Source: Octopus vulgaris (Eukaryota). Taken from it: 64,000 nucleotides of DNA. The stretch lies in NCBI GenBank assembly GCA_951406725.2, contig OX597836.1, positions 20,460,001 through 20,524,000 of the forward strand, in the 5' to 3' direction. Of the stretch, positions 26,431 to 40,363 are shown piece after piece (the stretch's first letter is position 1; the number at the start of each line of letters is the position of its first letter). The notes below the pieces were generated by a model, which was given only the letters and a program-made list of their open reading frames with translations, did not search any database and was not told the origin of the DNA. Made by a program: the position numbers and the translations under genes.

Positions 26431-26821
26431 TGTGGCTGTGTGGTAAGTAGCTTGCTAACCAACCACATGGTTCCGGGTTCAGTCCCACTGCGTGGCACCT
26501 TGGGCAAGTGTCTTCTGCTATAGCCCCGGGCCGACCAATGCCGTGTGAGTGGATTTGGTAGACGGAAACTGAAAGAAGCCTGTCGTATATATGTATATAT
26601 ATATATATATGTGTGTGTATCTGTGTTTGTCCCGCTAGCATTGCTTAACAACCGATGCTGGTGTGTTTACGTCCCCGTTACTTAGCGGTTCGGCAAAACA
26701 GACCGATAGAATAAGTACTGGGCTTACAAAGAATAAGTCCCGGGGTCGATTTGTTCGACTAAAGGCGGTGCTCCAGCATGGCCGCAGTCAAATGACTGAA
26801 ACAAGTAAAAGAGTAAAAGAG
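26431..26821 (+). mobile_element. SINE family A
   Basis: GTGGCTGTGTGGTAAG...GGTTCAGTCCC head, CCTTGGGCAAGTG CORE-like motif, internal TA/TG tract, tail CTGAAACAAGTAAAAGAG. Confidence 0.9.
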
Positions 26822-27480
26822 TATATATATATATCGTCACTGTTTTAACATCTACTTTTCCATGCTTGCAAAGGTCGAAAGGGATTTGTTAAGGTAGACG
26901 GCTGGATGCCATTCCTGTTGCTAACCCTTGCCTGTTTCAATGCAAGCCCGATGGCTACATATGTATTCACCAGAGGTTGGAAATTGAGATACTGCTTGAA
27001 TGAAAGTGACACTTATTTACAACTACAGCATGATACCAAGATAAGGCAATACAAACACATTTACATTCATGACAGAGTTCTTTCAGTTTCCATCTACTAA
27101 ATCCACTTATAAGACCTTGGTTCATCTGAGGCAAATGTGGAAGACCCTTGTCCAGGGTGCCATGCAGCGGTCAAATGTATGTGCTGTACATGACCTCACC
27201 CTCTCCATTGCATGAACAGGTGTACAGTATACCACACATCAGGTGTTGAAGTGTAGAGGTAGCTAGTTGTTAGACAAATGACATATTTACAAAACAGTCA
27301 CTATGCCAATTTGTACAAGACAGCAGGAAACAGTTGTTCAAATTAACTTTTCCCCAAGAATTCCTATATCCTGTAGATCAGAAACCTCCAAACTTTTCCA
27401 CACCATGGTACACTTAATACAGAACTAAAAGTATTGTTGCATGACATCAGATTTTTGAAGAAGTTCTCTGTCTCTCTCTG

Positions 27481-27512
<32 letters not shown>

Positions 27513-27752
27513 ATAATAATATTAGGGAATAAATCCAAAGTTACAGGGAAAAATTAGATTTAGGATTAAATCCAATTTTATAGTATAAATTTATAAGTTT
27601 AAATTATTTGAATAATTTTTTAATTTTTAACTTTTATATTTTAAAATTAATTTTATGTATTGGCTTATGTTTTTCACTGTTTGATTTGCCTAATAGTGGT
27701 TTTATCTCTAATTTAATATATTATATATATATATATATATATACACATATAT

Positions 27753-27825
<73 letters not shown>

Positions 27826-28072
27826 CATACACCAACAAAATGGACACTATACCTCTCTTGCTTTTTAATGACCTTGAAAAAGTGTTTTTAACCCAGAATA
27901 TCAGGAATAATTAAAACCTCCTATGGGAGCATTTCCATATTTTTTAATATTAATATTAGATGGGTGCCTGCATTACATATATAAGCACCTAATTCTTTCT
28001 TAGCTAGAAGCGACAGAATCCCAAACTAAAGTAAAACAAAGCTGCTCACAGAAAATTAAGCAACAACAATAC

Positions 28073-28204
28073 CTTGTTCAACACAATGACTTGGATTGCA
28101 TCTTGTAATACAGGGGAGGCATATTCACTCGGTACATTTGGTACCCTGATTTCAATAGATGATGGCGGTCGAGATTCCTGGCTTGAATGATGATCTTCAT
28201 TCTG
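28073..28204 (-). CDS. MPDZ: MPDZ-like internal exon (linker plus first strand of PDZ9)
   Basis: ttccag|CAG AAT...AAC AAG|gtattg, 132 nt, phase 0->0. QNEDHHSSQESRPPSSIEIRVPNVPSEYASPVLQDAIQVIVLNK runs directly into the GLAGLGF exon. Confidence 0.88.
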
Positions 28205-28384
28205 CTGGAAATATATGAATACAAAACAGAAATGAGAGGAGTAAATAAATCATTTTTATATTTTATAATTAAATAAAAAAATTATGATTTTACAATGAGC
28301 TGAAAATTTGGTATGTACAATTGAGGTAGTATTTAGTTGAACCAACTATCTCTGTGTGAGTATAGGTCCCAACAAGTTGAATTG

Positions 28385-28687
28385 TTTGTTCCTTCTCGAG
28401 CTATGCCTGGCTCATAAGGGTCGGTTTCCCGGTTTCTTGGCGTATAGGTTCCCCACCTGGATGGGACACCGGTCCATCGCAGGTGAGCTGCAAGATGCAG
28501 GAGGAAAGAGTGAGAGAAAGTTGTGGCGAAAGAGTCAGCAGAAGTTTCACCATTACCTTCTGCCGGAGCCGTGTGGAGCTTAGGTGTTTCGCTCATAAAC
28601 ACACACACATCGCCAGGTCTGAGATTCGAACCCGCGATCCCTCGACCGCAAGTCCGCTGCTCTAACCACTAGGCCATGTGCCTCCAC
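28385..28687 (-). mobile_element. SINE family D, tail type 2
   Basis: Minus-strand head with GGTTCGAATC B-box; TSD AACAAGTTGAATTG at 28371-28384 and 28688-28701. Confidence 0.9.
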
Positions 28688-29377
28688 AACAAGTTGAATT
28701 GCATCTGGTGCTCTCATTGGCTGCTGCTGGAATGAATTTCTGTCTCTCTCTGATATTTATTTTTAAAATAGTGTTGCAAAATGTGCCATCTTGACAACAA
28801 CATGGCTCCAACAGCAAAATTAGCAACAGGGAAACCACAGACCAGCCCAGTAAGCCAACTTGCCCGGAGAAAAAGAAGTTGTGCACAGCTAGATGTCTTG
28901 TGGAATGTAGGGTTTTTTTTCTATGCCCAGCTTCACACTGACTGATCTCTACTTACTGCTTGCCTTTTATACTCATACACTAATCCTCCAAACAGCCATG
29001 TGCCTTCGTAACTCTTTTCCAATGTTGTAGTGTTACTCATCATCTAGTGTGACTTACACATTAAACTCCCACTTGCCAACAACATGCTAACTAGTATCAC
29101 TATCATTACAAAGAACATGCTAAATGTTGTCACGATTTGACATAGCTGTGGCTGCTGGTGCTCTTTAACTGAGGTAATGTCCATTAATTGGCCACCTCTC
29201 CTAAGACTGAATGTCTGTATATACATATACATATTGTGCAGCTTACTGTCACAGTAGCTGGAAATTTATTCTGTCATAACAATAGCAAATCTATAATAGC
29301 AAATCTCAAAACAAATACTACAGTGTGTATATATTAAGTATGAAGCATAGAAGGTTATAATGGCATAAAGGTTTGCT

Positions 29378-29598
29378 TGGCAGAATCGTTAGCACGCTGG
29401 ACGAAATGCTTAGCAGTATTTCGTCTGCCACTACGTTCTGAGTTCAAATTCCGTCGAGGTCGACTTTGCCTTTCATCCTTTCAGAGTTGATAAATTAAGT
29501 ACCAGTTACGCACTGGGGTCGATATAATCGACTTAATCTGTTTGTCTGTCCTTGTTTGTCCTCTCTGTGTTTAGCCCCTTGTGGGTAGTAAAGAAACA
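29378..29598 (+). mobile_element. SINE family B
   Basis: Homologous to 24407-24638. Confidence 0.85.
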
Positions 29599-30416
29599 GG
29601 TACATGTGTATTGGAGTCTGTGTATTTCATCACCAATGGTGTGTCTACTGACTTCACCTATCCTTGTCACTAACCACAATGTTCAAAACGTTTTCCCCAA
29701 GCATTATCCTGTTGTCATCCCTTCTCTATCAATACCCTGTCATTCGTTTATTACGCCCTAATCCTTTTATCCATCCCCGTCAAACTCCAACTCCTCTCAC
29801 CCACTCACCCCCACCCTGGCTCTGTTCTCTTCCAGTCACCCCCTCCTGCTCATGCTACTTTGAATGTATAGCGATACCACAAGATGTAGAAGAACCTTTA
29901 GGCCTGTCATACACAGTAACTTCTCAAGGATGAAGAGGACCTTTGAGTGTTAGTCCCATGATAAAATGCACCTAATGAATTCTGCAAAGTAATTCATGAT
30001 AGAGAGGAAGGCATCCAGCTGTGGAAATTATGTCAAAATTGAAGTGTATGAGTGAGATATGCTCCTAGGACCATTACGACCTGTCCAACTCATACCAGTA
30101 TGTCAAGTGGACATTAAATAATGATGATGATGATGATGATAATGATGATGGTAAGTCAACAAATAAATATTTTCATCACTTTAAATTGATTAACATAAAA
30201 CTAATTATGTCAAATTATTAGTGGGTATCCAATCCTGGTATATGAAATATACTTCATGTAATTTAGTGTCTAATTAACAATAATTATTGGGATGCCTTAT
30301 CTCGAGTGATAACAATAATTAGTTGATATAATTAGAGAATCTGGTTGAGGCTTGGTTGTTTTTTAGCCACTAATTTTTTTTAAGCAAATTAAACAGGATA
30401 TGTTTAACAGGAACAT

Positions 30417-30459
<43 letters not shown>

Positions 30460-30560
30460 GGAAAGAGACGGAGAAAGCCAATTATATAATTTAAAAATTA
30501 GGCTTTAGGATTTTTTTTTACACTTATACAATGAATTATTGGTTGAAAAGCATCTGTGTG

Positions 30561-30610
<50 letters not shown>

Positions 30611-31325
30611 CCTATCTATACACACAAACATATATATGTATACATGCATCAACAAACATTTACACATACATATATAAATGTTGAGAGAAGCAGACATAAA
30701 AATGAGAGAAAAAACCCACCAGATCTTGAGGGAGAAAGATGAGGAAAGTGAAAGAGAGAGAGAGAGCGAGAGAGAGAGAGAGAGAGAGAGAGGGTGAGAG
30801 AATGTGAAAAGACCAATATTATTGGTATAGGTCAAGTTACCAGAATTGTTTGAAGAACTGGAGCAAGAGATTAGAGAAATCTATATTTCATCATTTATCA
30901 ACTGTCTCATGTATCAGTGGCCTGTCTTTTGTTGTTACCGATTCTACTGATTTTATACACACCACACATATATACACACAGGCATACACATGCGTGGATG
31001 TGTGGATATGTGTAGGCATGTGTGTGCATGAATGGATGTATAAATGTATATCTGTCTATCCTATACATCATCATTGTTTAACGTACACTTTCCATGCTGG
31101 CATGGGTGGGACTATATATATGTATGTATGCATGTATGTGTATATGCAGTTATCTATGTATGTATTTCTGTGTCCAAGTGCATATATGCATATATACATG
31201 TGTAGGTATGTGTGTGTGTATGAATGGATGTATAAATGTATATGCATGGATGGATGTGTATATGTATCTATCCCATATATCATCATGTATATATGTGTGT
31301 TTGTATGCTATCTTCCAGCATGTAA

Positions 31326-31357
<32 letters not shown>

Positions 31358-31375
31358 ATACATATATATGTATAC

Positions 31376-31406
<31 letters not shown>

Positions 31407-31479
31407 CATATATATACATATATATATATACACATATATATATATACACACACACATATATACATATATATATATATAT

Positions 31480-31525
<46 letters not shown>

Positions 31526-32710
31526 GTGTGTGTGCAGGATCACATTATGTTACCAGTTCTTGTTATTTAACCCTAGGTCAGTGCAGACCAGGCAGAGCTA
31601 TCATTAAAGATAAGATCTGGAATCCAATGAAAGTGGAATTGGTATGTGTCGGCAGCAGACATTAATCCATAATAGTTTGAAGAGGACAAATACATTACAG
31701 AAAATTGATTTGGTGTGTGTGTGAAGAGAAGCGTCCAACATTTCAGACACTTTTACAGAGACAGAAGAACTATAGAGGCCGATACCATGGTCACAAAAGG
31801 CTAAACGTATTAACCTTTATGTCCTCTCCCCTCCCTTTCTAGCACAATCATATCAACCATTATATTCTTTCTCCTTTTCTACCACTATGTATCAACCTCT
31901 ATATGCTGTCCTTCCCTTTTCTACGACAATGGTATAAACCCCTAAATCCTTTCTCTCCCCTCTCTACACTCTATTTTTTCTTTCTACCACAACAGTATCA
32001 GCCTCTGTATTCTGCCCCCCACTCCCGGCCTTTTTTTTGCCAGAACAGTGGTAGCAACCTCTCTATTCTGTCTCTCTCCTTTCTACCAGAGTGGTATCAA
32101 CCTCAATATCCCATTAACACCACCACCATTACCACCACCACTTTCTGTAATCATGGCAATAGAGGACTATCCTGCATTACATAAGTAGTATTTTCTTTCA
32201 TCACCCTCTTGTCTTTCATGAATGAAAGGTAAAAGTGACCTCAGCAGAATACGAACTCAAAATCTAAAATGACCAAAGCACCAAACTGCTGGCTATTACA
32301 TCCACCACTCTCTCCCACAATCCACTGCTCTACTAATAATACTAATAAGGATTTGCATCAGTGTCCAACCCATGCCAGCATGGAAAGCGGACGTTAATTG
32401 ATGATGATGATGACACAAAAGTACTTCTCCTACTGTGGCTACTGCTACTGATGATAATATAAATAGAGATCCAGGAAATTAGTAGAGAGCTGTTAGTTGA
32501 TTCTCATCAATACCAGTACAAGACCGGTACTTTATTTTATCGACCCCAAAAAGATGAATGGCACAGTTGACCTCAGTGGAATTTGAACTCAGGACATAAA
32601 GAGCTGGGCATTTTGTCAGGTAATTTAACAATTGTTCTACTGAACTGCTTTTAAGGGTTTCTGATTTCGGCAGATGGCAAGAAATTTTAAGGGAGGGAGA
32701 TTAGTTGATA

Positions 32711-32945
32711 TCTATTTCTTTATTACCCACAAGGGGCTAAACACAGAGAGGACAAACAAGGACAGATAAACGGATTAAGTCGATTACATCGACCCCAGTG
32801 CCTAACTGGTACTTATTTAATCAACCCCGAAAGGATGAAAGGCAAAGTCGACTTCGGCGGAATTCGAACTCAGAATGTAACGGCAGACAAAATGCAGCTG
32901 TGCATTTTGCCTGGCATGCTAACGTTTCTGCCAGCTCGCCGCCTT
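32711..32945 (-). mobile_element. SINE family B
   Basis: TSD AGATTAGTTGATA at 32698-32710 and 32946-32958. Confidence 0.9.
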
Positions 32946-33582
32946 AGATTAGTTGATACCAATGGCATCTCTTTCTCTCTGTAATTAACCCTACATTATT
33001 TTACTGTCCCCAGGGAGATAAAATACGAAGTTGAACTCAGTGGCACTTGAACTTAGAACATAAAGAGCTGAAATAAATACCACAAGGCACTTATTTGATG
33101 CTCTAACAATTCTGTCAACCTGCTGATGACGACAGTGATGATGACAATAACCACAACATCAACAACACGCATATAATAACAGAGATTAATTCCAGTAAAT
33201 GGCCAAGTAGACAATAATAGGCACCGTCCAGTTTTCTCTCCTCTTACTACATCAAGTCTTGTTAATTAAATCAATAAACTCAGTGATGATGATGATGATG
33301 ATGATGATGAAGATGATAACCATCTTAAAATAATTCTCATTTTCACCTGTTCCTTTAGTCACCTCGTTATCAACATTATATATTCTAATCAAGACATGTA
33401 GTCCTAGACTGGTAATTGTCAGTATTGAATACTCCAATTCTACCCCCACCCCACTCCTTCACACACACACACACACAGCACTATATACCTCCTACCCTCT
33501 CTCTCCTAGACGCCATCACCATTACTCCATGCAGATCCCTTCCTCTTAACTGACACTACAACCTGTGTTCTACTTATTGTTA

Positions 33583-33616
33583 CACCACCACCACCATTAC
33601 CACTGTCACTGCTACC

Positions 33617-33657
<41 letters not shown>

Positions 33658-33895
33658 CACCATTACCACTGTCACTGCTACCACCACCACCACCACCACT
33701 ACTACTACTACCACCACTACTACTACCACCACCACCATTACCACTGTCACTGATACCACCACCACCACTACCACCACCACTACTACTACCACCACCACCG
33801 TTACCACTGTCACTGCTACCACCACCACCACCACTACTACTACCACCACCACCATCGTTACCACTGTCCCTGCCACCACCACCACCACCACCATT
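33583..33895. repeat. Higher-order (CAC)n/(TAC)n repeat punctuated by 5 copies of TTACCACTGTC(A/C)CTG
   Basis: Direct reading. Confidence 0.9.
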
Positions 33896-34409
33896 ATTTA
33901 ATCCTTCCACATACTGACACATGCAACAGCAACTGATCAGGTTTCAATTGTGTTTAGTCGACAACCTGTTAGTGAGATGTTAATCAGTGAAACTTCATCA
34001 GATTCCTGTCATTATTCTCATCATAATTACCCTAGCTTACACTAACGAACCTGTTTCAGAAACGAAGCTTAAGTTGATTTCGTATTCCAAACCCGTCACT
34101 TGGAGTTCTAAAAACGCCTTTGATCAAATATTTTACATCTTTTCCCTTCTCTCTATGTTCCTCTTGCTCAGTGTCTGTCTGTTTGTCTGTGTGTCTCCTT
34201 AAATTTTTTCATTACCATTTTCCAAAGAAATGCACAGCTAATTTATGTGTAATTTTTCACTTACTACACAGCAGCCATGCTGGGGCGTCACTTGTAAAAG
34301 TCCTTTTTTCCTTCTTCTTGTACCTTACATCAGCGGTTCTCAAGCTGACAAACACCACCAGCCCTGACCTACCCACCCACCCACCAGTCTCCCCTTCTTT
34401 TTGTATTAA

Positions 34410-34628
34410 CCCTTTAGTATTTAAACCGGCCATATCCAGCCAAAATAGTTAATCTGTTTTATGTTCAAACTGACCAGATCCAGGCTCTCACACCTACCCT
34501 ACAATGTTATTCTACATCAAGTAATTACACCATCAAGATCTTGAAGATATGAGATAATGCATGATTAATTCAAATCAATGGGAATCAATAGGCATTATGT
34601 TTGATGGAATAATCTGAACACTAAAGGG
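34410..34628. mobile_element. piggyBac-like MITE
   Basis: TTAA|CCCTTTAGT ... ACTAAAGGG|TTAA; second copy at 48103-48683. Confidence 0.85.
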
Positions 34629-35189
34629 TTAAGGAGGAAACAAATGAGAAACAAACTAGGAAGAAATAAATGAGAGTCCATACTCATATACATCTTTCTT
34701 CCCCATGATGACAACTGTAACAAAAAAAACCCCCAAAAAAACAAACAAACAAAAACAACAAAAGCCATCATAATCATATTAAACACAACAATCTGGCTGT
34801 TCCTCTTCATTTTTTAATCTTCACAGTCTCCCGACCATATTATGAGAAACACTGCCAGCATACTGATCCAGCTATTTTATGGTAGATTAAATGGATTTAG
34901 GTGCATTAACCTATTCCTGACTAGATTTCTAATAAGTGACATTAGTTTAAATGATTCAATGAATTTTTGAAACTAATCGAATATTTTAAAATTTAGTAAA
35001 AAAAAAAAAAAATAACATTTAAGTTGGTGCTGGATGGAGGGAACAGAATTGCTAAAGCATTGGACAAACTGCCTGGCAGTAATTATTCTGGCTCTTTCAA
35101 ATCCTACTAAAGTCTGTTCTGAAGTCATAACTAGCACTCTGTCAGTTATGACGATGTGGGTTCCAGTTGATCTGCTTGTGAAATTGACC

Positions 35190-35443
35190 AAGCATGCAAG
35201 TGGCTGAGCAATCCACAGACATGCATATGCTTAATGTAGTTCTCAGGAAGATTCAGTATGATACAAAATGTAAAAAGGCTGGCCCTCTGAATTACAGGTA
35301 CAACTCATTTTTGCCAGCTGAGTGGACTGGAGCAACATGAAATAAAGAGTTTAGCTCAAGAACACAATGTGTCACACGTAATTGAACTCAGAACATTATA
35401 ATCATAAGCCAAACACCCTAACCACTAAGCCATGTGCCTTCAC
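35190..35443 (-). mobile_element. CORE-like SINE, family E
   Basis: Shared block ACAACTCATTTTTGCCAGCTGAGTGGACTGGAGCAAC..GAAATAAAG..GCTCAAG. Related copies near 6125-6462, 36150-36380, 59080-59408 and 63240-63510. Confidence 0.7.
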
Positions 35444-36484
35444 TTTACTGAAGTCAATAAAATACCAGTCAAGTACTGAGGCTGATTCAATTGTGACCCC
35501 CAAATTTGTGGAGGAGCATTTACTTAAGAATCTATTATGAAACAGGAAAAAGATGGTGAGCTGGCAGAACTGTTAGCAAATTGGACCAAATACTCATCTG
35601 AATTTCTTTAGACTCTCTATGTTCTGAGTTCAAATTCTGCCAAGCTTGACTTGTCTTTCATCCTTTAGTGATTGATAAAATAGAGTACCAGGTGAATAGT
35701 GGAGGTGATATAACTAACTTAACCTCTTCCTTGAAATTGTTGGTCTTGAACCAAAATTTAAAGAGGAATAAAGTAGTCAGTTGGCAGAGTCATTAGAACA
35801 TTGGACAAAATGCCTTTGGTATTTGTTCTTTGTAAAAAGGCTGGCCCTCTGAATTACAAGTACAATTCATTTTCGTCAGCTAATTGAACTCACAACTTTA
35901 TGATCATGAGCTGAACACCCTAACCACTAAGTAGTTAGAAAAATGAAGAAGATGGTGATGAGGTACCAAAGCATATTCTCAAGTTACAAGAAGGTGAATC
36001 TGAGGGAGAATATAAGTAGTGGATCATGATGGAAGGAAAGGGTAGGAAATTTCATGAGAGTGTGGGAGGACAGTCTGGTTTTCTGTTTGTTATAATGAAG
36101 AGGCTTCCAGCTGATTCAATCAACAGAACAGCCTGCTCATGAAATTAATTTACAAGTGGCTGAGCACTGCACAGACACATGTCCTCTTAATGTAGTTTTT
36201 TAAGGGAGATTCAGTGTGACACAGAATATGACAAGGCTGGCCCTTTGAAATACAGATACAACTCATTTTTGCCATCTGAGTGGACTGGAGCAACGTGAAA
36301 TAAAGTCTCTTCCTCAAAGACATGATGCACCACTGGGTATTGAACTTACGATTGGGATCCGAATAATCTAAGCCATGCACCTTTGGGGATGAGAGTGACA
36401 AATGGTTAGATGGGGGTAAAGGTGAATAAAGTGAGTGAATAAGGGTGGAGGTGTGGTTGATGGTAAATATCAGTACAATATTTA

Positions 36485-36716
36485 GGCGGCGAGCTGGCAG
36501 AAACGTTAGCATGCCGGGCGAAATGCTTAACGGTATTTCGCCTGTTGTTAAGTTCTGAGTTCAAATTCTGTCGAGGTCAACTTTGCCTTTCAACCTTTTG
36601 GGGTTGATAAATTACGTACCAGTTGCGCACTGGGGTTGATGTAATTGACTTGATCCGTTTGTCTGTCCTTGTTTGTCCCCTCTATGTGTAGCCCCTTGTG
36701 GGTAGTAAAGAAATAG
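36485..36716 (+). mobile_element. SINE family B
   Basis: GGCGGCGAGCTGGCAGAAACGTTAG head through GTAAAGAAATAG tail. Confidence 0.88.
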
Positions 36717-37646
36717 GTAAATATCTGTACGAAGAAAGGGGGAAGGTGAGAGAGAAAGGGAGAGAGAATTGGTCCAGGAAGGAGGTGACAAGTGACAGCA
36801 CTGGACAGGAGGACAGCAGGAGTATCTTAAATCTGTAGATCCGTTAACTGAAACTAAAATCAATACTGAACCAAATTTTGACTTTTAATATTGGTACCAT
36901 TCCAAAAACATACAACCTATTAAACTGGTTCTTATATACTCTATTGACCCTGGAAGGTGAGTTGACCGTACTAAGATTTGAACTAGGAGCACAAAGATAT
37001 ACAAGTAAATATCACGTATTTTTGTCAATGCTCTGTCAATCCTGCCAATTTACTCTACTAAAATACATCACCAGAAACTTTCATTTCTTCTCTCTGAGGC
37101 TAAGTAATAATTTAGCAAACTTATTGATTGAAAGCAAGCATCTGTTCTACCTCTGGCAACACAGCTTGTCATACAAGCAATGGTAGGGAGAAGAAACAAA
37201 ACAGCAACAACAACAAAAAAAAAACCCTTGCATAAGTAATAACTAAGAGCAACTGTCGAGAAAATTCCGAAATATGGCATATCAATGATATGCAAATATT
37301 CTATATGGAGAATTCTAAACACAAGAATCTCTGCTAAATCTGTGTTGGCTGAAGCTCAAATGACAGAGTGACCCGAAAATATGATGCCTTATTTTTCTTT
37401 CTTTTTTTTTTTCTTTTGCTTTTCCCAACATTGCAAAAAGCCATGTGGTCAAAGAGTTATGTATTGATCTTCTGTGATTTTTTCTGATGTGATGTGTATT
37501 GCCTTTTTATTGGGTAATTGTACAGTTTGTAAAACTTTCAATGCAGCTTCCATTGAATGGTGCCAAAAAAATCCATAAGTTAGCTGATGGCATTCACTTG
37601 ACTTGTAATGGACAACAAACAACATAGCTACACAAGATCATACATG

Positions 37647-37692
<46 letters not shown>

Positions 37693-37849
37693 GGAGTGGC
37701 TGTGTGGTAAGTAGCTTGCTAACCAACTACATGGTTCCGGGTTCAGTCCCACTGCGTGGCACCTTGGGCAAGTGTCTTCTGCTATAGCCCCGGGCCGACC
37801 AATGCCTTGTGAGTGGATTTGGTAGACGGAAACTGTAAGAAGCCTGTCG

Positions 37850-37908
<59 letters not shown>

Positions 37909-38113
37909 TTGTGTGTCTGTGTTTGTCCCCCTAGCATTGCTTGACAACCGATGCTGGTGTGTTTACGTCCCCGTCACTTAGCGGTTCGGCCAAAGAGACC
38001 GATAGAATAAGTACTGGGCTTACAAAAGAATAAGTCCCGGGGTCGATTTGCCCGACTAAAGGCGGTGCTCCAGCATGGCCGCAGTCAAAATGACTGAAAC
38101 AAGTAAAAGAGAG
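37693..38113 (+). mobile_element. SINE family A (young, CpG-rich)
   Basis: Near-identical to 26431-26821 and 58194-58617. Confidence 0.9.
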
Positions 38114-39133
38114 TATTATTTAAGGCAGTAAGCTGGCAGAATCATTAGAACACTGGGAAAAATACTTAGCGGCATTTCGTCCATCTTTACATTCTGGGTT
38201 CAAATTCCACAAAGGTCGACTTTACCTTCCAGGGTCGATAAAGTACCTACCCTTTCCCCCAAAATTGCTGGCTTTGCACCAAAATTTGAAACCATTATTA
38301 TTATAGTTATTAAGGTGGGGAGTTGCATAATTGTTAGCATGCTGGACACAATGCTTAGCGGCATTTCGTCTGTCTTTATATTGAGAGTTCAAAATATGCC
38401 AAGGTCCATTTTGTCTTTCATCCTTTCAGGATCAATGAAATAAGGACCAGTAGAAGACTGGGATTGATGTAATTGGCTTATCCCCTCCTGCAAAATTGCT
38501 TCCCTTGTCGCAAAATTTGAAACCATTATTATTATTATTAGTAGTAGTAGTAGTATTGTTATTGTTGTTAGTATTATTTGGAGAATGTTTAAGTACAAAT
38601 GAAGGTGGACGACCATATTAATCTAATTTATTACTCTAGATTCTGATATCAAATCCAGGCAAAATAAACTTTACTTTTCATTTCAACATGGTTGATGAAG
38701 CAATAATCAGTACTATACAAAACTTCCATTCACTAGACTATACTCCCGCTGCTACAATATCTGATTATGTGTCTATTCTTTGGGGAAGTTCTTAAATGGA
38801 GGAAGTAAGCAATTCTGGAGAAGAGGCACGTGCAAATGCGACACTGTTGGAGCAGAGCTGATGTAGGAGCCACTAAGTAGCTGCTCAAACTGTATGAATT
38901 AGTAGCTAAATCTTTACCAAATTAAACCCATGTAGGCCCTTAAGATCTGTGTATATGATGTAAAGCAGAAGTTAAAAGCTATGAGCTGCAAAGACAAAAA
39001 TCTTTTACTTTCAAATTATTTGACAAAATATAAAATATTAATGAACACAGCATCACAACCAATGTTCGAAAAGTAAATACAAACCTAAGAAATATTTTCC
39101 TGAGAAAAGCACAAAATATTACGTGCACCATGT

Positions 39134-39506
39134 TACTCTTTTACTCTCTCTTTTACTTGTTTCAGTCAGTTGACTGCGGCCATGCTGGAGCACCGCCTTT
39201 AATCGAGCAACTCGACCCCGGGACTTATTCTTTGTTGTAAGCCCAGTACTTATTCTATCGGTCTCTTTTGCCGAACCGCTAAGTAACGGGGACATAAGCA
39301 CACCAGCATCAGTTGTCAAGCAATGCTAGGGGGACAAACACAGACACACAAATGCATAAATATATATACATATATACGACGGGCTTCTTTCAGTTTCCGT
39401 CTACCAAATCCACTCACAAGGCTTTGGTCGGCCCGAGGCTATAGTAGAAGACACTTGCCCAAGGTGCCACACAGTGGGACTGAACCCGGAACCATGTGGT
39501 TGGTAA
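39134..39506 (-). mobile_element. SINE family A, 5'-truncated
   Basis: Reverse complement of about 37722-38113. Confidence 0.88.
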
Positions 39507-40293
39507 ACATATATATATGTTGATTTTTATTTATATATTAAAAAAAAAAAAAAGGGATCATTGGGAGGGTTATTGATTTACCACAATGGGTCTTGATGGT
39601 AAAATGTTGGGGACCACAAATACAAACATGTAAACAGATGTGTTTGTACCTCATGAATGGACCTTCATTCCATTTCTATCAGCTCTACAATGTGCTCTCA
39701 CTTCTCCCAGCCTTAAAATGTGCACCCTTTTTTTCCAGTCATAAATTCCCCCCCCCCCCCATTCTTCTTAGCCCTAAAATGAACTGCCCCTCCTACCACA
39801 AGAGCCTCCTTCAATCTTCAGTTATTTTCCACATCTTCCAGTCATCTCCTCCTTTACATCATCAGCTGGAAAATGTAGTCAGAAAATTATAATTAACTAT
39901 AATTTTATATAATTCTATAATTTTATGCCCCTATATATATATATATATCACTGAGTAAATCTATTAGTGGGCAAAATTTGAAATATTTCACACTGAATCA
40001 TACAGTAGATCATAACACCAAATGAACATGGTACCACCCCACCTTGCCCTGTCCAATTTTAGTACTCCAAGTGATCAAGTTTGCCTTGTACATAGCACAG
40101 GCCCTGATGCAAAGTCAGCTTAAGCAGAGTGGACCACTCAGGCTTGTCAACAACAATTGCTAGTTCCCTTCCCTGCAATGTTATACTTTTACAGTCAACC
40201 TATCAGCTAAATAAATCTTTTTGTGCCCGGCATGGAATTTAAAATTGAATCAACATTCAAGAAGAAAAATGGAGAAAAAAAAAGTCCACTTAC

Positions 40294-40363
40294 ATCTTCA
40301 ACTGTTGTGGTGGGTAAAAGTTTCAAAGGCTTCACAGCCATATGGTCAAGATAGTTTTCATAC
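40294..40363 (-). CDS. MPDZ: MPDZ-like internal exon (PDZ8-PDZ9 linker)
   Basis: tttctag|G TAT GAA...GAA GAT|gtaagt, 70 nt, phase 2->0. (R)YENYLDHMAVKPLKLLPTTTVED, compare MPDZ RNKDAVNQMAVCP. Confidence 0.88.

Noticed and set aside
33933-34001. CTGATGA...GAAAC on the minus strand
   Set aside because: No stem I pairing; explained by a short 17-bp inverted repeat.
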